The translations under genes were made by a program, and so were the position numbers. This document shows positions 11,748 through 22,805 of a stretch of 64,000 bases of DNA, in pieces; position 1 is the first letter of the stretch, and each line of letters opens with the position of its first letter. The DNA is from an uncultured Chloroflexia bacterium (lineage in GTDB: Bacteria > Chloroflexota > Anaerolineae > CG2-30-64-16). The notes below the pieces were generated by a model that saw only the letters and a program-made list of their open reading frames with translations, was not told the origin of the DNA and did not search any database. The stretch spans positions 640,001-704,000 of the forward strand of contig CAWEMM010000006.1 of the NCBI GenBank assembly GCA_963810095.1. Reading direction: 5' to 3'.

Positions 11748-14009
11748 ATGCGTAAGCTTCTGGCTTCTCCTCGTCCCTGCGCTCTTCCTCGCGACCGCGG
11801 CGTCGCCGCAGCCGCGCCCACCGTCCCAACCGACATCGAGCAGCCGGGCACCCAGCCCACGCAGGTCGGCAACCTCGAAACACCGGACAAGTGCGACAAC
11901 TGCCACGGCGGCTACAACGCGGCGGTCGAGCCGGCGTTCAACTGGCGCGGCAGCATGATGGCGAACGCCAGGCCGCGACCCGATCTTCTGGGCCACCGTG
12001 GCGATCGCCGAGCAGGACTTCGACGGCTCGGGCGACCTGTGCATCCGCTGCCACAGCACGGGCGGCTGGTACGCCGGCCGCTCCACGCCCACCGACGGCA
12101 GCGGGCTGACCGCGGGCGACGCCGACGGCGTCGACTGCGACACCTGCCACAAGATGACCAACCCCAACAACAGCGAGCACCTCGGCGTGATGAACGCGCC
12201 GTACATCGCCAACAACGAGGCGACGCCCGCAACGGGCTACTACGGGTCGGGGATGCTGTCCTTGTGGGGCGGGAACGAGAAGCTCGGCCCCTACAGCGAC
12301 CCGAACGCCAAGCACGGCTTCATGCAGTCGGCGTTCCACCGCTCGGTGGATATGTGCGGGTCGTGCCACGACGTGTCCAACCCGGCCGTGGGCGACCTGG
12401 CGCACAACAACGGCAAGCAGCCAACGGGCGACGCCGGTGGTGGCGAGCGGCGTGCCCGGCGCGGCCGTGAACGGCAAGGCGGCCTTCAACAACTTCCCCT
12501 ATCAGTACGGCGTCGTCGAGCGGACCTTCAGCGAGTACAAGGCGGGGCTGCTGTCGCAGACGCTGGTGTCGAACTACGCGTCACTGCCGGCGGACCTGAA
12601 GAACGGGGCGATCAAGAACGCCTACGAGAACGTCGATCGTGGCGGGGACGAGCGGCGACTACCAGGACGGCACGGACCGCTACTTCTCCTGCCAGACGTG
12701 CCACGTGCCGCCGACGACCGGGGTGGGGTGCAACAAGGCCGGCACGCCGACCCGCCCCGACCTGCCGCTGCACGACATGACCGGCGGCAACACTGGAGCC
12801 CGACGCGATCCTGTACCAGAACACGCAGGGCACGCTGCGGCTGGGCGGCGGGCTGACGGCCACGCAGATCAATGCCATCGACGCGGGGAAGCTGCCGCGC
12901 GCAGCGGCAGCTCGACATGGCCGCCAGCCTGAGCCGTGACGGGCAACACGCTGAAGGTGGTCAACCTGACGGGACACAAGCTCATCTCCGGCTACCCGGA
13001 GGGGCGGCGGATGTGGCTCAACATCAAGTGGTACGATGCGGCCAACAACCTGCTGCGCGAGGACGGGCAGTACGGCGACAAGCAGGTGACCATCGACGGC
13101 GCAGCCAAGGTGGTGAAGACCATCCTCAACCCGGCGAGCACGAAGGTGTACGAGGCGCACTACGGGATGACGCAGGAGTGGGCGAACCAGCTGCTCGGCC
13201 TGGGCTACTCGTCCGAGCCTGGCGCTGAGCTATGACCCGACGACCGGCGCAGTCAACTACACGCTCGGGCAACTGGCCGCCCAGGCGCCGGGCACGAGCC
13301 ACGAGACGTTCCACTTCGTCCTGAACAACACGGTGGTGAAGGACAACCGCATCCCGCCGTACGGGTTCAAGTACGACGAGGCGCGCAAGCGGAACGCGCT
13401 CCCGGTTCCGGCAGCCCAGTACGGCAGCCCGGCGGCCGGCGGCACGTTCAACTACTGGGACGAGGTGACGCTGAACCCGCCGCCCGGCGCGACGGTGGGC
13501 ACGATCACGCTGATGTACCAGCCGACCAGCTGGGAGTACGTGCAGTTCCTGCAGCGGGCGAACAACAAGTCGAACGCGTTCCTGGCGAGCGAGGGCGACA
13601 ACCTGCTCGATGCGTGGCTGAACACGGGCATGGCGGCGCCCTACCCGGTTGCCGGACGCGCAGTGGACGGGGTCCGCGCCGTGCGTGGCGCCGAACGCGC
13701 TGACGGGCGTGCAGATCGCCCGGCTGAACGCGACCACGGCCCGGCTGACGTGGCCGGCGGCGGCGAACGCGAGCGCGTACAACGTCTGGCGGAACGCGAC
13801 CAACCCGTTCTTCCTGCCCGGGCGCGACGTGCTCGGCGGGCAACGGGTGCAGCCAGGTCGGGGGGACGAGCTTCGACGATGCCTCGCTGGGGAGCCCGGC
13901 GAGCCACACGAATTACCTCGTGCAGCCGGTGGCGGGGTGCGGCGCGGTGCAGACCACGCCGTCGAACCGGACGGGCGAGTTCGAGTTCACGCTGATCAAG
14001 GGGCAGTAG
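11748..14009 (+). CDS. Secreted multiheme c-type cytochrome (several frameshifts)
   Basis: CDNCH, CIRCH, CDTCH, CGSCH and CQTCH across joined ORFs; GHKLISGYPEGRRMWL; GGAGG RBS. Confidence 0.8.
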
Positions 14010-14044
14010 CCGGTTCGGGACGCGTCGCCGGGATCGGAACAACA

Positions 14045-14081
14045 AGACGGGCGACCGGATGATCCGGCCGCCCGTCTTTTT
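14045..14081 (+). terminator. Intrinsic terminator
   Basis: aagacgggcg-accgga...tccggc-cgcccgtcttttt. Confidence 0.75.
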
Positions 14082-14098
14082 ATGCCCCGGTCAGAAGG

Positions 14099-14340
14099 TT
14101 AGAAGCTGAAGGGGCAGGGGGTGGGCTGAACGAAGTTCAGGTTGTTGTTGGCCTTGTCCAGCGCGTTCTTGAGCGCTTCCCGGTAGGAGCGGACAGCGCC
14201 GCTGACGACGGTCAGGCCGTTTGCGCCGAGCGACGCATTGGCTTCGGCCATCACCGCGTTGACGGTGGCGTAGCCCAGCGCATTGGCGCTGGTGGCGCCG
14301 GGCGCCTGGTACGGCTATACCGAAACCGGCAGCCAGCAGC
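14099..14340 (-). pseudogene. C-terminal remnant of a probable secreted protein
   Basis: Coding-like minus frame ...NALGYATVNAVMAEANASLGANGLTVVSGAVRSYREALKNALDKANNNLNFVQPTPCPFSF* with no start. Confidence 0.45.
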
Positions 14341-14397
14341 TCGGTTATAGGAGAAGACAAAGAAAAACGGGCGCTCCGGCGGCGAGAGCGCAGACGA

Positions 14398-14889
14398 CTA
14401 CTGGTAGTAGACGGCCGTTTGATCCGGGATGGCGGGGGCATCGACCGGTGTCGTGGTGTCCGTCAGCACGATGTTCGTGTAGCTGATGGACACGAGCGCG
14501 ATCCTCATGTTTTTGGTAGGGCAAGAGAAGCCGACCGGCATGGGCAGCGGGCCGGCCGTGAGGGAAGCGGTGATCTGCCCGTTCTTGCCAGAATCGAACG
14601 CGCCCGTTGCGTCCACCGGGCCGGCAATGGTCTCCTTGTTGCCGGCCTGCGGGTGGTTGCCGCCCTTGTTGATGCAGCCCCATACCGCAGTCGCGTCGGC
14701 AGTCAGTGTGTAGTCAATTCTCTGGTTAGCGCCCAGGCCGGCTTCCTTCCAATCTACGACGAGCGCGCCGTCCTTGTTGATGGAGCCGTTCGCGTAAATG
14801 AAGTGCGGGTTGGCCGCGAGCGCCACGGGCGCGGCCAGCAGCAGGATGATGAGGGTGAGGGAAAACACTCGGAGCTTTACGTTGGACAT
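14398..14889 (-). CDS. Secreted hypothetical protein
   Basis: Signal peptide ...APVALA-ANPHF; KEAGLG and CINKGGNHPQAGNK segments. Confidence 0.7.
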   Translation of the reverse strand: MSNVKLRVFSLTLIILLLAAPVALAANPHFIYANGSINKDGALVVDWKEAGLGANQRIDYTLTADATAVWGCINKGGNHPQAGNKETIAGPVDATGAFDSGKNGQITASLTAGPLPMPVGFSCPTKNMRIALVSISYTNIVLTDTTTPVDAPAIPDQTAVYYQ

Positions 14890-15372
14890 CCTTTCGAATG
14901 AGAGTGCCGTTGATGCACTTGTCGGGATGGACGGAGTTGGATGCCGTGCCTTAGCAGCCGCGATACAGGCGCCCCCGCTCCTGCTTCGCGTCCGCATGCA
15001 CCGTCGAAATATACCATAGAATATGGCGAAAAACCTTAATGATTTCTATGCGTTTTTACTAATTCTTTTGATACTGCACTTGTGCCGGTAAGCGGAGTTG
15101 GGGCAGGCGGCAAGAACGGCGGATTGGGCTGGGGCAGTCGGGGCGCCAGGGCCGGCGAAGGAGCGAGGTACAGGGAGACGCCCTAGGAGCAGGCCCGCCT
15201 CGATGCCGAGTGGGCGGCGCTCGTGTGCGCGAACCAGGAAGCCCGGAAGCAGAACGATCCGCCGCCCGAGAGCGAGTAGGGGGATGAAACAAACCGGCCC
15301 AACGCTCCGAGAAGCGCCGGGCCGGTGGGAGTCACGCGCTCGCCGGGGTGAGCCGGCGAGCGGGGAGGGTGG

Positions 15373-17640
15373 TTACTTCAGCTTGAAGTTCGCTGTCATG
15401 TACGATCCGTCCGTAAGGCTGACGGTCACGTTATAACAGCCGAGGACCTTCGGCGTTTGCCAGTTGTAGATGAACTGGTCGCCAGTTGTGTCGAAGCGCA
15501 AACTGGTCCCGCCAGTGGCGGTCAGTTCGATGGTATCTTCGACAACACCCGTCGCACACGCGACCTTCACTGCTTTCAGCGGCTGCTGGACGAAGCTAAC
15601 CAGCTTGATCTCGCCAGTAGCGCCAAACACTTCGAACTTTAGCGGAACCGTCGATCCGTTCTTCACAGTGTTCAGAACACCTCCCATATCGACAGGTTGA
15701 TAGAACCCGCTGAAGAAGGAGGTGACAGTCACGTTGAAGCTTTTGCTGGCCTTGTTGCCGTGGGCATCGGTTGCGGTGCAGGTGACCGGAGTCGTGCCAA
15801 TCACGAAGGTTGATCCCGAGGCCGGACTGCAGGCAGGAGTGACGATGCCGTCAACGAGATCGGTCGCTGAGGCAGAATACGTGACGACTGCTCCGCTCTT
15901 ACTCGTCGCTTGCGTCGTAATGTCCGCCGGGACCGTCAGTTCAGGCGCTGTCGTATCCCGCACGACCACGTTGAAAGTCTGGGTCTCGCTCGTGTTCCCG
16001 GTGAAGTCGCTGGCGCTGCAGCTAACTTCCGTTGTCCCCAGCGGGAAGCCAGTTCCCGAGTCCTGGCTGCAGGTAATGGTCGGCGCCGAGTCCACAGCGT
16101 CCGTGGCCGACACCAGGTACTCAACTACCGCCCCTGCTGCACTTGTCGCCTCTGCCACCACATCTACCGCTGGGACCGTCAGTACAGGCGCTGTCGTATC
16201 CCGCACGACCACGTTGAAAGTCTGGGTCTCGCTCGTGTTCCCGGTGAAGTCGCTGGCGCTGCAGCTAACTTCCGTTGTCCCCAGCGGGAAGCCAGTTCCC
16301 GAGTCCTGGCTGCAGGTAATGGTCGGCGCCGAGTCCACAGCGTCCGTGGCCGACACCAGGTACTCAACTACTGCCCCTGCTGCACTTGTCGCCTCTGCCA
16401 CCACATCTACCGCCGGGACCGTCAGTTCAGGCGCTGTCGTATCCCGCACGACCACGTTGAAAGTCTGGGTCTCGCTCGTGTTCCCGGTGAAGTCGCTGGC
16501 GCTGCAGCTAACTTCCGTTGTCCCCAGCGGGAAGCCAGTTCCCGAGTCCTGGCTGCAGGTAATGGTCGGCGCCGAGTCCACAGCGTCCGTGGCCGACACC
16601 AGGTACTCAACTACCGCCCCTGCTGCACTTGTCGCCTCTGCCACCACATCTACCGCTGGGACCGTCAGTACAGGCGCTGTCGTATCCCGCACGACCACGT
16701 TGAAAGTCTGGGTCTCGCTCGTGTTCCCGGTGAAGTCGCTGGCGCTGCAGCTAACTTCCGTTGTCCCCAGCGGGAAGCCAGTTCCCGAGTCCTGGCTGCA
16801 GGTAATGGTCGGCGCCGAGTCCACAGCGTCCGTGGCCGACACCAGGTACTCAACTACCGCCCCTGCTGCACTTGTCGCCTCTGCCACCACATCTGCCGCC
16901 GGGACCGTCAGTTCAGGCGCTGTGATGTCAACGATGCCGTAGGTGACCGAAGCGGAGGCAGTTAGACCGCCGCCGTCTGTGTAGGAGCAGGAAGCGGTCT
17001 GCTCACCCAGGCCGTAGGCGGCCAGCAGGCCGGTGACGGCGGTGAGCGTTGCGGCAAAGCTGGAATTGCCATCCTCGGCATCCGTCACCTCGCACGTCGC
17101 ATCCGGCACGCTGCCGAACTCGTACGAGGCTCCTGGGGTGACGCCTTTGACCGATATTCCAGGCGCCGTGTTGGGTGGAGGGACCACGTTGACTGTAAAT
17201 GTCGCCCCGTCGTAGCTGAAGCTCCCTTCCGCGGTGTCTGCCTTCCAGCTCACGCTGACGGTTGTCGATCCAGTCTTCAAGGGCGTCACCGTCAATGTCG
17301 TGGGTACGCCGCAGGCGTCAAAAGTGATTTCGAGTGGGCTAACAGTCGCAACCGTGCTATCACTGCTAGCGATGGTAACCGTTAGGGTCTTTCTTGGAGT
17401 CGAAGCGCTGAGATTGCACTCTTTCTTCGCGTCGTAGACTAGTCCAGACTCTTTCCACGTCGGGAGAACAGTCAGTGACGTCTCAGCGGCTGTGCCGGGA
17501 AAAGTCAAAGGCATAACTTCTGCCACGACGTCTACACTGTTATCCAGGCCGTTGTAGACATCATCAGCAAACGCGGCCCACGGCACGGCCAGGGCCAAAA
17601 TCACGACGAGCGTCGCGATCCAAATAAACTTCTTGCTCAT
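15373..17640 (-). CDS. Secreted HYR-repeat protein with C-terminal PxKF domain
   Basis: Signal peptide; repeated DTTAP...ATDAVD...FPLGTTEVSC; C-terminal FSGFYQPVD...GSTVPLKF. Confidence 0.88.
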   Translation of the reverse strand: MSKKFIWIATLVVILALAVPWAAFADDVYNGLDNSVDVVAEVMPLTFPGTAAETSLTVLPTWKESGLVYDAKKECNLSASTPRKTLTVTIASSDSTVATVSPLEITFDACGVPTTLTVTPLKTGSTTVSVSWKADTAEGSFSYDGATFTVNVVPPPNTAPGISVKGVTPGASYEFGSVPDATCEVTDAEDGNSSFAATLTAVTGLLAAYGLGEQTASCSYTDGGGLTASASVTYGIVDITAPELTVPAADVVAEATSAAGAVVEYLVSATDAVDSAPTITCSQDSGTGFPLGTTEVSCSASDFTGNTSETQTFNVVVRDTTAPVLTVPAVDVVAEATSAAGAVVEYLVSATDAVDSAPTITCSQDSGTGFPLGTTEVSCSASDFTGNTSETQTFNVVVRDTTAPELTVPAVDVVAEATSAAGAVVEYLVSATDAVDSAPTITCSQDSGTGFPLGTTEVSCSASDFTGNTSETQTFNVVVRDTTAPVLTVPAVDVVAEATSAAGAVVEYLVSATDAVDSAPTITCSQDSGTGFPLGTTEVSCSASDFTGNTSETQTFNVVVRDTTAPELTVPADITTQATSKSGAVVTYSASATDLVDGIVTPACSPASGSTFVIGTTPVTCTATDAHGNKASKSFNVTVTSFFSGFYQPVDMGGVLNTVKNGSTVPLKFEVFGATGEIKLVSFVQQPLKAVKVACATGVVEDTIELTATGGTSLRFDTTGDQFIYNWQTPKVLGCYNVTVSLTDGSYMTANFKLK
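15929..16923. repeat. Intragenic tandem repeat, 4 x 243 bp, near-identical
   Basis: Unit starts at 15929, 16172, 16415, 16658, with a partial unit at 16901. Confidence 0.97.
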
Positions 17641-17955
17641 GATTGTTCTTCCTCTCGTGTGGTCTACATAGGTGGTAGTTACATCTATCACAGGGGCGTT
17701 ACGGCACACATTGCGCTCTGCCGCTTGTCTCCGGCTCCAGGTGCGTGGACCGGCGACTTTCTTCTCTAACCTCCGTCATTGGATGTCAAGCCGGCGCAGG
17801 GGCTCGCCGGACGCGTACAAGCGATGAAGATAATCCCGCCGTGTAAAGTAAATCACGAGGCGACTTGGGGAGTCCTTAACGAAAACTCAACAGAACTTGG
17901 AAATTCCTTAGAGTCGCTTAGCGAGGAGGAGTGACAATATACTGAGGAATTCCAC

Positions 17956-19020
17956 CTACGCTGATGCGAGGAGTTGTGTTTGCAAGGGCATTCGCACAGT
18001 GAAACATGCGCCGGCGCCCGGACAGCGCTCGACGCTGATCGTGCCGCCGTGCGCAGCCACGAGCGTGCGGGCGATGGGGAGGCCCAGGCCGAGACCTTGC
18101 GGATAACGGCGCTCGGGCGGGGTACGGTAGAACGGCTCGAAAATGCGCTCCTGCTCGCCTTCCGGGATGCCGGGCCCCGTGTCGGCCACCCGGAACTGCC
18201 ATCCAGCCTCGTCCGTGGAAACCGCCACCCGCACCTCGCCGGGGGCCGGCGTGTACTTGACCGCGTTGCTCAGGAGGTTGCCAAGCGCCTGGCCGAGCCG
18301 GCCCGGGTCGATTTCGACGGCCGGCAGGTCCGGGGGGATCTCGGCGGCCCAGCGCAGCCCTGCGGCGAGCGCCGCCTCGCGCCACGGCGCCAGCAGCTGC
18401 CCCAGCCACTCGGACAGGAGCACCGGCTCCAGCCGCAAGGGCGCCTGCCCAGCGGCCATGTCGCGCAGGCCCGCCAGCTCGTCGAGCAGCCGTTCCATGC
18501 GGCTGATCTCGCCGTCGATCCCCCGCAGCAGCTCGTCGCGCAGCTCCGGCTCGTCGCCCGCGCCGTCCAACAGCGCGCGGCCGGCCGCGGCCAGCGCGCC
18601 CAGGGGCCGGCCCAGCTCGTGGACGATGTTCGACAGCAGGTAGCGCCGGTTGTCCTCCAGCTGGTGGATGCGGTCGAGCATCTCGCGGAACGCGCGCGCC
18701 AGCACACGCACCTCTTCCGGCCCCGTCTCGCTCTGAATCTCGGCGGGCGCGGCGGGATGCGCCCCGTAGGATTCCACCGCCCGGGTCAGGTGCTCCAGGG
18801 GGCGCTCGACCGTGACGGCCAGGATCAGGCCGAGGGCCGCGCCCAGGAGCATCCCGGCGGCCAGCACCGCGCCGATCAGGCCGGCGTCCTGCCCGATGGA
18901 GCCGCCCAGCACAACCGTCAGCGCGAGGCCGAGCAGGGGCACGAGGACGAAGACCAGCGCGACGTGGCTGAGGATCAACCGGACCCGCAGCGTGCGCGCC
19001 CACGGCATGTGGCGCATCAC
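17956..19020 (-). CDS. HAMP-domain sensor histidine kinase
   Basis: HELGRPL, NLLSNAVKY, DTGPGI and GLGLGL boxes. Confidence 0.93.
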   Translation of the reverse strand: MMRHMPWARTLRVRLILSHVALVFVLVPLLGLALTVVLGGSIGQDAGLIGAVLAAGMLLGAALGLILAVTVERPLEHLTRAVESYGAHPAAPAEIQSETGPEEVRVLARAFREMLDRIHQLEDNRRYLLSNIVHELGRPLGALAAAGRALLDGAGDEPELRDELLRGIDGEISRMERLLDELAGLRDMAAGQAPLRLEPVLLSEWLGQLLAPWREAALAAGLRWAAEIPPDLPAVEIDPGRLGQALGNLLSNAVKYTPAPGEVRVAVSTDEAGWQFRVADTGPGIPEGEQERIFEPFYRTPPERRYPQGLGLGLPIARTLVAAHGGTISVERCPGAGACFTVRMPLQTQLLASA

Positions 19021-19721
19021 GGGTCTCCCACGGTCAGCTTGTAGCCCACCCGGTGCACCGTCTCGATGTGGACGTTACAGGCGGTGATGCGTGCCAGACG
19101 TTCGCGCAGCCAGCGGATATGCACATAGAGCACCTGGGGCTCGCCGCTGTAGTCGGGCCCCCACAGCCTGGAGAGGATATCGGACAGCGGCACGACCAAG
19201 TTTGGCCGAGCGGCGAGCAGGTAGAGGAGATCGAACGCCCGGGGCGTGAGGTCGAGCGTGTCGGCGCCCACCCGGGCGGTCCGGGTCTGCGGATCGATCT
19301 CGAGCGCGCCGACGCACAGGGTGATCGACTGGGGGCCGGCCGCCCCGCGAGCGATGGGGTGCGAACGGCGCAAGACCGCATCGATGCGCGCAAGGAGCAC
19401 GTCGGTGTCGTAGGGTTTCTTGACGTAGTCGTCGGCCCCCAGCCGCAGGCCGAGGGTCTCGTCCTGCTCGGTGCGCCGGGCGGTCAGCAGGATGACCGGG
19501 ATGCGCTGGTTCTGCCTGAGGAGATGGAGTGCATCGAGGCCGTCGATGCCGGGCAGGCCGATGTCGAGCAGCACGAGATCGGGCTCGTGCTGCCGCGCAA
19601 GCTCCAGCCCTTCCGGCGCGGCGGCCGCCGAGCGGACGCTGTAGCCCGCACGCTGGAGGGTGTAGGAGAGGCTGCGCCGCAGAAGCGCATCGTCGTCGAT
19701 GAGAAGAATGGATTGGGACAC
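19017..19721 (-). CDS. OmpR-family response regulator
   Basis: LLIDDD, LLDIGLP, GADDYVKKP and winged-helix C-terminus. Confidence 0.93.
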   Translation of the reverse strand: MSQSILLIDDDALLRRSLSYTLQRAGYSVRSAAAAPEGLELARQHEPDLVLLDIGLPGIDGLDALHLLRQNQRIPVILLTARRTEQDETLGLRLGADDYVKKPYDTDVLLARIDAVLRRSHPIARGAAGPQSITLCVGALEIDPQTRTARVGADTLDLTPRAFDLLYLLAARPNLVVPLSDILSRLWGPDYSGEPQVLYVHIRWLRERLARITACNVHIETVHRVGYKLTVGDP

Positions 19722-19792
19722 GGCAAAACGATTTTAGCACATAGAGGCGGGGATACGAAGCGCCACGACGGCTGCAGCAGCAATGCCAAACC

Positions 19793-19812
19793 TGGAACCT
19801 ATTGGAACCTAT
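19793..19812. promoter_or_regulatory. 10-bp tandem direct repeat, candidate OmpR-type binding site
   Basis: tggaacctat x2 upstream of the response regulator. Confidence 0.45.
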
Positions 19813-19874
19813 CCGAAAATGCTCTGGCCGGGCGTGTAAGGGCGAGGCATCCGGGGGATGCCTCGCCCTTACAC

Positions 19875-19952
19875 TTCGCGCCCTTCGCGCTTTGCGCTCT
19901 TCGCCCCGCTTCGCGCCTTCGCGTTCCAAACGCGCTTCGCGCCCCTTCGCGC
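19875..19952. repeat. Short degenerate tandem repeat (TTCGCGCC-like)
   Basis: ttcgcgcccttcgcgctttgcgctcttcgccccgcttcgcgccttcgcg; similar to 61905-61985. Confidence 0.55.
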
Positions 19953-19964
19953 CTGCTCAATGCG

Positions 19965-21715
19965 CTACCATGTCCAGGCCGGGTCGACGTCGTTTCCCGG
20001 ATCGTTCGTCAGTGCGCGCTCGTTACCGTTGGCGTCGGTCACGTAGATGTCCCAGTTGCCCGCCCGGTTGGACTCAAAAGCGATTAGTCCGCCGCCCGGC
20101 TGCCAGACCGGGCTCTTCGCCGGGTTCGCCGGGCCGCCCACCTTGCGGGCATTCCCCCCATTGGCCCCCTGCCCGCTTGCGCCGGCCACGTAGAGGTTCC
20201 ATGCCGCGCCGTCCGCGCCGATGAAAGCGATCTGGGACCCGTCGGACGAGAAGGCGGGCGCCTGGCTCCACTTGCCGGCCGGCGAGACGACCCGCGGTTC
20301 CTCGCCATTGGGTCCGGCCACGTAGACGCCCGCGATCCCCGCCCGGTCCGAAACGTATGTAAGCCGGTCGCCCTGGCCCCAGCCCGCATTCCACGAGCGA
20401 GCCGGCGCAACCTCGGTGGCTTTCGTGCTGCCCACGTCGACCACGCTGATCGCGCGGGATCGACGTTCGGGTCGATGACCACCCGCCGGCCGTCGGGCGA
20501 GAACTGGAACTGGAACGAACGGTCGAGCTGGAACAGCCGCCGGTCGCCCACATAGAGCGCGTAGCGGCCGCTCTCGGTGCGCAGCGTCGCCAACTGCCCG
20601 TTCGCCAGCGGCCGTGCGCTGATTACGGACGGGTCTTGCAGCACCTGCTCCTCGCGGCCCGTCGTCACATCCAGGCGGTACACGCTCGCCCCGCCGCCGC
20701 GATTGCCCACGTAATAGAGGTAGCGGTCGTCGAGAGACCAGGCCGGCCCGGTGTTTTGCCCGTCGCGCGTCACCGGGATCTGGTTGGCCCCGGCCGCATC
20801 CATGATCCAGATTTGCGGGCTGCCGCTGCGGTCTGACACGAACGCAATGGCCCGGCCGCCGGCGATGGCGCCGGGAATGCCCGCGCCCGACGAGCCACCC
20901 GTGCCCGGCGTCAGCGCGGGGGCAGGGGTCACGCTCGGCGCCGGCAGCGTCGCGGTGGGTGGCACGGGCGAAGAGGTGGCCGTGGCGGCCGGAGCCGTGG
21001 GCGGAACCTCGGTCGCGGTGGCCGGGGGCACGGTCGGAACGGCCGTGGCCGCGCTCGTCGCCGTGGGTGCAGGTGCGAGGGTCGGCAGCACCACGGTTGC
21101 CAGCGCACCGCCCGCCGCTCCGCCGCCCGTCGTCGCCGTGACTTCCGGCACGCCCGCCGTCCACGTCGGCGCGGTGGTCGGCGTATAACGCGCTCGGGCC
21201 GTGGCCTGCGCGGCCGATACCCCGGGCGGCAGCGTCGGAATGATCACGTTCACCGGGGTCTGGGTGCCGGGGGGCGACCATTCGGCCTGGCCCCGCATGC
21301 CCAGCACCGACTTGAGCGGCCCAAAGGCCAGCAGCAGCAAGCTGACCAGGATCCCAACCGCCGCGATGATCAAGGTCATGCGGCGCTTCCGGATCACTGA
21401 GGGCGGCGTTTCCGGCCGCTCGTACACCCGGACGCCGGGCGCCTGCGCCGGGTCCGCAGGGGGCACGGGCTGGGACGCGGCGGGCCGGTAAACTACGCCC
21501 CCGGGTCCTCCCGCTGCGCTCTCCGCAGCAGTCACCGCACCGGCTGCTGCCGCCGGGGCCTCCCACCCTTGGGCCTCTGCCGGCGCGTCGACCGGCGTAT
21601 TTGCGTCGGGCGCCAGCTCGGGCAGGGGGCTGCCGCACACGTGGCAATAGGCCGCGTAGCGGCTGACCCGGGGCGTGCCACAGACAGGGCACTTCATCAG
21701 TTCGTCGTTCAACAT
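19965..21715 (-). CDS. Zinc ribbon, TM, Pro/Thr linker and TolB/PD40 repeat protein (frameshift near 20455)
   Basis: CPVC...CHVC; IAFVSDRSG, PAWS and IAFESNRAGNWDIY repeats. Confidence 0.8.
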
Positions 21716-21961
21716 GTCGTCGCGCATGCGCCTGCTCTCGATAAAGAAAGATTGAGTACCGTTAACAGACGACACAACTCGGAGAGACGTTGCATGTGCC
21801 AGGAGTTGCATGTGCGAGGAGTTGTCCGTACCGGAGGATGAGGGCGGAGAGGATTGGGTGCCGTAGAGGGCCGGTCTTTGCTGGGGCCGGTCTCTGACCG
21901 TGCCCCCGTTGGTCGGGCGCCGATGGCTGCGCTGGCTGCGGCTGCGGCTGCGTCCGTGATG

Positions 21962-22774
21962 CTACATTTCGTTCGCGCGCAGCCACAGATACATCAGAAC
22001 ACCCCCTGCCACGCCCACGTTCAACGACTCCGCCTTGCCGCGCATGGGCAGGCTGACCCAGCGGCGGATGTGCGGGGTGACGTCGGGCGACAGGCCGCGC
22101 GCTTCGTTCCCCAGGATCAGCGCGCACCCACCCCGCAGTGCAGTTGTGCCCCAGGGGTCGCTCTGCAGCGACGCGGCGTGCTCGCTCGCGCCGACGGGGA
22201 CGATCCCCTTGCCGTCGAGGTAGCGCAGCGCCGCTCCCGCGTCGGCCGCGGAGGCGATGGGCAGGTTGAACAGCGAGCCCATGCTGGCCCGGATCGCCTT
22301 GGGGTCAAAGAGGTCGACCGCGGGCTCGAGGATGACGACGCCCGTTGCGCCCACCGCGTCGGCCGTGCGGATCAGCCCGCCGAGGTTGCCCGGGTCTTGC
22401 GGCCGGTCGAGCACGAGGACGAGTTTCGCGCCGTGCAGCGCGAAGGCTGGGAGGGGCGTGGTGAACAGGGGGAAGGACGCGACGATCCCCTGGGGTCCCT
22501 CGCGCTCCGAGAGCGCCGCCATCACCTGGGGCGTCACCTCGAAGAGCTCGACCGGGGTGCTGCGGTCGAACCGCTCGATCAACAGGGGGCCCTGCGGACC
22601 CGTAAAGTTGGGGGGGCAGTAGAAGACCTGGGCGGGCGCGCGGCCGCTGTCCAGCGCCATCGTCAGCAGCTGCAGGCCCTCGACGAGAAAGCGGCCCTGG
22701 TCCTCGCGATGCTTCCGCTGCCGCAGCTTGCGGGCTTCGACAACGTGGCGGTTGGCGGTGGAAGTGATGATCAT
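21962..22774 (-). CDS. TrmH/SpoU RNA methyltransferase
   Basis: QDPGNLG, LGNEARGL and ESLNVGVA motifs. Confidence 0.92.
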   Translation of the reverse strand: MIITSTANRHVVEARKLRQRKHREDQGRFLVEGLQLLTMALDSGRAPAQVFYCPPNFTGPQGPLLIERFDRSTPVELFEVTPQVMAALSEREGPQGIVASFPLFTTPLPAFALHGAKLVLVLDRPQDPGNLGGLIRTADAVGATGVVILEPAVDLFDPKAIRASMGSLFNLPIASAADAGAALRYLDGKGIVPVGASEHAASLQSDPWGTTALRGGCALILGNEARGLSPDVTPHIRRWVSLPMRGKAESLNVGVAGGVLMYLWLRANEM

Positions 22775-22805
22775 GGGCAGCAGGCCGGAAAAGCCGGCTT
22801 CTGAG

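Noticed and set aside
15929-16923. Possible CRISPR array or mobile element
   Set aside because: Contiguous 243-bp coding units with no unique spacers; no cas genes in the window.
17700-17830. c-di-GMP or other riboswitch upstream of the HYR gene
   Set aside because: No recognisable conserved motif.
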